This document shows, in pieces, positions 32,701-41,700 of a DNA stretch of 64,000 bases. Under the pieces are notes generated by a model. The model was not told the origin of the DNA. It did not search any database and saw nothing but the letters and a program-made list of their open reading frames with translations. The position numbers were made by a program, and so were the translations under genes. Every line of letters starts with the position of its first letter. Position 1 is the stretch's first letter. Source of the DNA: Christensenellales bacterium (GTDB lineage Bacteria; Bacillota; Clostridia; Christensenellales; UBA1242); NCBI GenBank assembly GCA_051883495.1, contig JBJETV010000022.1, positions 35,118 through 99,117 on the forward strand. Reading direction: 5' to 3'.

Positions 32701-35700
32701 CGAATTTGAATTTACTGGCTCCGACATTTCAATAACCGTCCAAGAAATACAAGGTGTAATAACTCGTGATGGAGTTAAGGACAGTGTTGGTGTAGCAAGT
32801 TATTATAAAGATGGCAATACAACCAATGTTGCAAAAGATATTACAACAGAGGGGTATATCGCTAGAGTAAAAGACCTTAACAACAGCAACTATACTGTCA
32901 ACGAATCAGTAAATTCTAGTGTAAACTGGAAGATTATCAAACGCAAATTGGCAGTAAACTGGAGTATAAATAACAACAATTCTGTTATAGACAAAACAGG
33001 AGATATTTGGTCTGTTCAATTTGCCAATGCACCTAGGTACTTTGAGCCAACATTCACCAATTTGATAGGTGGAGCAATAGAAAATCCAACCCTTTCTGCA
33101 CAATATTCCGCCAAGTCTGGTAGTGTGTATGAGAATATATTACCAAGCGGAATTGTCAATGTAGGTGCTTATAGATGTTCTATTGCGATATCCGACAGTG
33201 ACTATTATTCTCTAGAGGATATATTTGGGGTTGGTTACTTCGAATGGACTATCTCAAGGAAGAGCGTAAGACCAGACTGGGCCAATCTTTCTCTTGTTTA
33301 TAGTGCAAGCAGTCTAAGGCCAACACTTAGCCTATCTGGTGTGTTTGACAACAGTATAGACACAACCAGTGTAAGCCTAATATTCTACGACAGCGATAAC
33401 AAAGTGCTATCAGTCGCACCAAGCAATGTTGGTGTGTATGGCGTTCAGGTAGACAAACTTGCCTTTGAAAGAAGTTACTCAAACTATCAAATATTGGAAG
33501 AAGATAACAACATTGTTTCATGGAAAATAACCAAGAGAAGTGTGTCATTTACAGAGTACAAAAACAACGGCGCTACAATGACTTATGATGGCAATGCTCA
33601 CTATTATTTTGGCGCAAACAAAGACGGTGACGCAGGTCTGGACCTTATTTCAAAATCTGCTTCTATGACAGATTCGCAATATTCTGCTATTCTTAGCGAT
33701 ATGAACAGCAACTTGTTCTTAGTGCCAGTGCTTTCTTATGTAGACAATGACGGAACTTTGCATGTTGTTGCCAACGACTTCACAATAGATTCGGGTGTTG
33801 ATGCCAATGTTATAAGGGCAAATATAATGGGACTTTACAACAGATGTATCAATGCAGGTGTTTACACACTTTCCTTTGTACTTTATGACAGAAATGGCAT
33901 CTCTAACAACTATGCACTGGGTGTTTCACAAGATAGTTACAACTGGACTATCAATCGTTTGGTTGCAACATTCAATTGGCTAGGCGAAGGTGATGACTGG
34001 AAGGTAGATGGCAGTACAGGAGTGCCTTATATCGTCTATGACAAGGTAGAACACTCCTTTAGCGCTACAGTAGCCAACAAGGTGGGAGAAGATGATGTTA
34101 GAGTAGGCTCTTACACCGACAGCACTGCAACCAATGCAGGCAACTACACTGCAAGAGTAACATCTCTGCGTGGAGACCAAGCCAACAACTATCAAGTAGA
34201 TTCTTCCAAGGCATATGCACTGTGGACCATTGCAAAAAGAGGAGTTTCTATCACTTGGGATACAGGAATTTTGACATCTTCATCATCAGGGCTCAGTGCA
34301 ACTTATTCGGGAGAGGAAATTGCTTGCAAGCCAACAATTTCTGTGATGGAAGGCGACAATGTTTCTGCCAAGGTTACTCTTACTAGTTCGGGCAATCCAG
34401 TGGATAGAGCAATCAATGCAGGCACTTACACAGCCACTGTTGATGGCCTTAATGGCGATATGAGTATAGGCAACTATACTTTGGAATCAATTGCCTCCAG
34501 TGATAAGACAAGGACATGGACTATCAACCCAAAAGAAATTACAATCAGTTTCCCATCTTCAGGATTTACTGTTGACGAGGGGAATAGAAAAGTCAGCACA
34601 ACCTATACAGGTGCAGAAATAGCATTTAAGATAGATTTTGTTGGAGTAGTGTATAAGGATATAAACTATCTATTGCCACACTATCAATATATTTATGTTA
34701 CTGATAATGTAGACTCTAGTTCGCAAATCATTAGAGAAAATAGAGAGTCCAATACTACTGCACTGCTTAAAAATGTTAACGAGAAAAAGGAAGACTGGCA
34801 AAATGTAACTATTACACTTGTTTCTCCAGACAATCCTATTATTGCAGGAAACTACAGACTGAAATCTGGTGAAGGCTCATGTAAATTTGTTATTACTCAA
34901 AAGAGAATATCCATAATAAGTTGGCAAATTGGTAGCAATGCATATAATGACAACAATCCAGTTGTCAATGCCTATACATTTGACGGCACTTCCAAACTCC
35001 CAACACCTGTTGTATCAGGGCTAGGCAGTGAAACAACTTCTCCTTTGGCATACAGTTACAAATACAGCAAGTCCGAATCATTCTTGGAAGTTGACAGCCC
35101 TTATTGGCAAGAGATTGACGAGTCTTATCTTACACACGCAGGCAAGTTTATGATTACTGCCAAACTAAACGGAAAATTGGCAGAAAACAACTACACTTTG
35201 GACAGTAGTTCGCTAAACAACTTTAGATATGAAACTTCAAAATACACTCCAACTATAACAGTTGTTCCTCTCAAAATGGGCGACCTAAAAGTTGGCGCAA
35301 CCGCCGAAGAAAAAACAACCGAAGTGCTGGTTGTAGTCAATTCTGCCAACAAAACACTTGTTTTGGGTGCAGAAAATAGTTATGTTAGACCATATGGCAG
35401 TGTAACATTGAAAAATGGAAGCAATGTGCTTAACAGTCAAACTCTTTCTGTAAAAGATAAAGCAACAGACGGAACATTTGACAAATACAAATCCTATGAC
35501 CTATTCAAACTTCTCGTGATAGACAATGATGACGACAACAACTTTATGTTTGCGGTGTTTACATACACAGAGACTATTGATGCTCAATATCACCCAACAA
35601 TTTCATTTGCGCCAAACACCAACGATATCACCAATGATTATGACTATGCTTCAATTTCGGATATGGAAGTCGATTCTAACGCATTTATCCCACAAAACAA

Positions 35701-38700
35701 AGCACAAACCAACCCAGTGGCAATGTATTATGCAGTGGGTTATGGAGAAAGCGTTAGATACCTTAAGATAAGCGACAACTTGTCTTTGGTTGATGAAACT
35801 GGCAGTGCATTGGTGTATGGCAACAAAATAACTCTCTATGTTTTGGGTGGAGAAAAGTTGGATGAAAATAGTTTTGGCATAAAACTTTATGGCAGAACAG
35901 AGGCAATAATGTCCAATTTGTCTGCAAGCGAAACAAGTAAAGAAGTCAACGGGATTGTTTGCTCAATATCCATTGCAAAAATGGATACTCCAGACGGATT
36001 CCATACATTCTACAGCAACTACTACAATGGCTTAGGTGAAAGCGAAAAAGCCAAAAATGCAAGCCTAGATGCTGGGGGTTATGTAAAGGTAGAAATAACA
36101 CTTCTCAGCACAGGGACAACATATATATATGGTTACAAACAAGGTGGATACAAAACAGTGGGGGAAGAAACAACCAGTTTTGGCGAAGCACTTTCTCCAA
36201 AGGCAAAAGTTGTGGTGGAAAAGAAAAATATTGTCCTAAACACTCCAGATGCCATGGTCAACTTTGGTGAAAATAATGTTCAATTTATCAAAGACGGCAG
36301 TGCTATCCCATACAACTATTACAGTATCATTGGCACATCTTATCCAAGTTCTGCAATAGGCACAGAGTCTGATTGGAGGCGTGTAGATATATTTGCCGAT
36401 TCTGGCATATTGGAAAGCGACAAAAATGACATAGAAAGTCGCATAACACCAGTGGTGGACAACATTTCCAGCCTAAATCCAGGCAAAAATGCAGGCGCAG
36501 TGAGGATTTCGTTTGTTCACGACAACTACAACATAACTTCCTACGCAGGTGCAGTGTGGGTGTTGAGTCAAGTGGTGGAAAGTGAAGATGTTCAGGTTAG
36601 ATTCAAATACAAATATGTATATGACACCACTGCAAAGACCATTTTAGACAATGATGTAGTCGTGTATGTAAAGGGCAACTTGTTTGTTGATTATCACATT
36701 ACAGAAATAAAAGATAATATCAGTGCCGGCACAGCAAAGATTTACATTGCTATTGGTGTGGACCCAACAGGTGTGCCAAAAGCCAGTGCCTACACTTCGG
36801 GCAAAAACGGAGATACTCCAATCTCGTTTGAAAAGACATTTACAATTGACGCGCTTAATCTTGACCAAACAGCATATAAGCAACTGGGTACAACAGAACT
36901 GTATTATGGTGTTATGAACAAGTCTTTGGTGTTTGGAGATTCTTTAACTACAGATGAAACATACACTGGAGGGGAAATTAGAAAGAGTCTTTCAAATCAA
37001 ATCTATATACAAAATGGATCAAGTGGCACAGATGTTGCATATATTGACACAGCCAATCTTGACTATTCTCACAGTGCAAATATCAATGCGGGTGTTGCAA
37101 CACTTACTATCACAGGAAAGAACAATCTAACTGGTAGAAAAGTCTTGACATTTAGGATTAACCCAAAGACAATCACCACAGATGATATTGGAAATTATGA
37201 ACTATCACTAATTGACGGCAGTGTAACGGGCAAGCAATTTGTTTATAACGGCGGAGCAATCAAACCTGTTATCAACTATATCAAACTGAAAGACTCTGAA
37301 AAAACACTTTCATTTGATGCCAATTACTCTTATCTTATGGGGGATAAATCTTCAATAATCAACTACAATGGCAACCCTGTTGATGTGGGTAGTTATTGCA
37401 TTCAAGTTGTCATAACAGGCGATTATCCAACCAGAAACTACACAGGAACAGTTTATCTTGCTTATGAAATAGTTAAGATGAGCATTCAAGACAACAATTT
37501 CGTAACAATAAATGTCAATGATAGCAGTCTTGTCTATACAGGATACAACTTGTCGCCAGTGATAACAGTGATGAGAAATGGCAAAGCGTATGATTCCAAT
37601 ACAAAGGAATTTTTGTGGCAAAATAATATCGCCATAACAAGCGACTTCAATTTCTCATACAATGCCGAACACAAAAATGCAGGCATACACGAAGTTACAA
37701 TAACTGCAAAAGAAGGGACAAACTTCTCGGGCAGTGTTACAAAGACGTTTAACATACAACAAAGAAGTTTGGGAGATGTGTCGTTTAATATAAATTCTCA
37801 AACCTTTACCGGCACAAAGATAACCCCAGCGAGAGATAATATAAAAGCAACCCTTGGCTCTTACATTCTTATTGCTGACGACTACGATTATGTTTCTTTG
37901 GGCGAAAATATCAATGTTGTTTACAACAGTAGTGGTGTCGCAGTGTATGGCGGAACAATAACTGCCAGTGGCAAAGGCAACTTTAGTGGTTCGGTGAATG
38001 TGCAATTTGTTATCACTCCACTAGAAGTAACACAAGAAAACAGCAATATGTTTGTTGTAACATTGGACAAAGATACATTTGAATATTCAGGCGAGGAAAT
38101 TAGACCAAATATAGAGGCAATATCCTTTGTAGTAGGCGCAAGTTCTTATCCACTAGCGATGTCCAACTGGACAAGCAAAGACCTTGAATATTTCAACAAT
38201 ATCAATGTTCCACTAAATGTTTCCGCTAGCCCAACTATCCGCATAACTCTCAGCAGAAACTTCACAGGAACTTTGGACAAGACTTTTGAAATCTTGCCAA
38301 AAGAAATGAAAGACGGTCTGTTCTTTGTGGTGGATCAAACAGAAGATTTGCAAGACACAATGACTGCTATTTCACTCAACCTTTCTAGCACAACATACAC
38401 AGGTGCTGTGCAAAATAAGGCAGTGGCTTTGTATCAAAAATTTGTGCTAGAAGATGGCTCGGTGGAATATAGAAGGATAGCCACAATCAACGAAGGCAAT
38501 AACAACCTTCCTAACTTCAAGTTGGATTTTGTGTCAAGAATCATTGACAACCCAACAGAAAGTGATTATGCAATCAATGTGGGTTCTGCATTTGTAAAAG
38601 TTACAGGACAAAACAATTATAGCGGTTCAATCTACTCCTACTTCAACATAGACCCTCTGGATATCCAGTCTGCTCTGGATAAGTGGATAAATGAGGGAGA

Positions 38701-41700
38701 AGATGCAACATCAAATTGCAGAATTATGTTGAATAATTATGTGCAAAAGGTAACTATTGATGACGATATTACAGCCTTCAAGTTTAATGCAAGCGCAACA
38801 TACACAGGTGATGTGATTATTCCAAACTTTGTCCTAAGCCTCCTTGTAGGTGATAGCAGAGTAACATTGCAAAAACGTGCAACTATTAATGCCAGCGGGG
38901 ATTATTATGTAGGCGTGCTTGACGGATGTGTAGATGTAAATTCTATCAATGTGTTGTATGCCACAGGATATGGCAACTACTCTGGCACAGCATACTTTAC
39001 ATTTGACATCTCTCCTATGGAAATTTCGTCTATTCTAGAGGGAGTGAGCATTGCAGATGTGGAATACACTGGCTCTGAAGTCAGATTGGAAAACTTGATA
39101 TTTAAGGGAGCAGATGGCAGTGTTGGGTTGAAAAACAAAAACAATACACTTTCCCTTGGCACAGACTACACATTGAATTATGACGGCTCGCAAGATAAGA
39201 TAAATGTAGGCACCAAGACAATAGTAATCGTAGGCAGAAATAACTATAGTTCGAGCAGTGTTAGCAAATTGACATTCAATATTGTTCCAAGAGATATGTC
39301 GCTTTATCCAGAAGAATTTGAGTTCAAGTTGACCTCTGAAAAGCAATATCAAGGCAAAAATGAATCAACAACACTATCTGCAGGAGATTTTGTATTGAAG
39401 TTCGTTTGTGGCACTCATCAAGAAACATTAGTCTTGTTTGACAATCAAACAGGCCTAGGCAACTTTACAATAAAGAGTTACGCAAACAACACCAACGCAG
39501 GCACTGCTACTGTGGTGTTTGAAGCCATTGGCAACTCAAACTTTGCAGGCAGTGTGGCAAAACAATTTGTAATCAGTCCAAAAGATGTGTCATCAAGTGA
39601 TGATATCTTGATAGAATTGCCAACTCCAACCAGCAAGATAGGTTCGTTGTATTTGTATAGGTATAACATGGGAGAAACCAAGCCACAACTCACCATTTCG
39701 GACAATGGAGAAAGTTTGGTCGCAGAAGAAGATTACGAAGTGATATACTCCAACTGCCAGAGAATTTCTCATGATATCTATGGCAATATGACATCTAGCA
39801 ATATGCCAACCGCCACTGTCATATTCAAAGGCAATTATGTTGGCAACCTTTCCAAAACTTATGGAATAGCAAAAATAGCCCTTACGGCAGAGGATGTGTC
39901 TTATCAGTTCCCACAACTTGTCTATACAGGTAGCGAGATTAAGATTTCGCCACTGATGATCAAAATGCAACTGAAAGAAACTTCTTATAGCAAGAGTTAT
40001 GTCTTTACAGTCAACGACTTTGCACTTGCTACAGGAGGATATTTCGAAGCAACTGGCGAAAATATCAACGCAACAGCATTAGACGGCTTGGGCAACTTTA
40101 CTAGCGAAAACAAAGGCAAGGTAAAGATTAAATTTACCGGAAGTGCCAGCAATGTTTTCGCAGGGGAGTTTGAGTTGGAGTTCAATATTGAAAGAAGGAA
40201 TATCTCCGATGCAACATTTGACCGAAACTTCTTTACTTCCGAAATATATTCAGGCACATACATTGGCAAAGATTATCCAGTAACATTTGCACAACAAACT
40301 TTGGAATTGGATAGAGATTATACCTTGGCATACAGAAACAACAAAGATGTTGGCTTGGCAACAGTTGTTGTGAGTGCAGTGGCTGGCAGTGGGGCACACA
40401 ACTTTACTGGATCATCTGAGATAACATTTAATATTTCACCAAAAGATATCTCCAGCGAAGATATTACATTTGATGTTAATGATTCTCCTACATACAACTA
40501 TGGCTCTGCAATAGAAGTTGCATCAAACAAACTTTCTGTTGTTATGCCAGTGGGTGGAGGTTCTTATAACCTAAAATATGTTTCGTCAACTTCGGGCGAC
40601 TTTGAGATTGTCCGTTATGAAAATAACATTAATGCCGGCATAGCAACCATTTGGATAAAAGGTATAGGCAACTTTACTGGCGAAAAATCAAGTAACTTTG
40701 TGATATCGCCAGTGGCTATTAGCAATGTAATTGTCAAAAACAATACTGTTGCAGGTGTAAGAAGTGAATCCTTTACTGGCAAGCAGGTAGAATTGGACGA
40801 TAGGACAGCAGACGAAATGTCTTCTACAGGTTCTTACTTTGAAGTAGTAGTTAATGGCAAAGAAGTCTTGAGAATATACAATTCTTTCAATTCCGCACTA
40901 TATGGATATGTGGAGAGTTATCAAGATAATATTCATGTAGGCACAGCAACTGTCAACTTCAAATTGTCCAGCAACTTCTACGACAGCATGCAGAATATCA
41001 CTTTCCAAATCAATCCAAAGAAATATGTCGAAAGTGAATTTGTCATTCCAAATATTCGTGACCAAGTAAAATCTGCCACTCCATCAACTCCAATCTTCAC
41101 CACAGATTATTGTGATGGCTTGCTAAAATTCCGTTATATTGACCAAATGGGCAACGAGGAATGGCTAGAACTCCCAGAATATTCCGATTTGGGTGTCGCC
41201 AACTACACATTGTCTTATATCAACAACAACGATTATGGCATAGCAACAGTAACAATAAGATTTGAAGGTGATTTTGACGGATTGGCATACACGCAGTTTG
41301 TAATTATCAAAGCCTACTCTCCAACAGATGTAACCGTTACTGTAACTAAAGATGGAAATACAACTATTGCATACACAAGAGGACTGGCTCTAGACGACTT
41401 AACATTGTATGCCTCCACTCTTGCCACAGGTGCAAAGTTACAATGGCTAAACGGTAGCGAAAAAATTGCTTCTGTCGGATTGCAATCTTATTCCGCATAC
41501 TACAACGAAAACCCAGAAGAATATTCAGACGTAATAATTCAAGTAGAATTTATGGTGGAACAAGGAACATTTACCGAACAAGATAAGCAAAATATAAGAG
41601 AAAGAGTCTATTCTGACAAAAATTCAGAATTATTTGGCGATTATTCCACTCTTTATCGTGTGCCATACTTCTTTGGACTTGTGCTGGAGAATGTAACTCT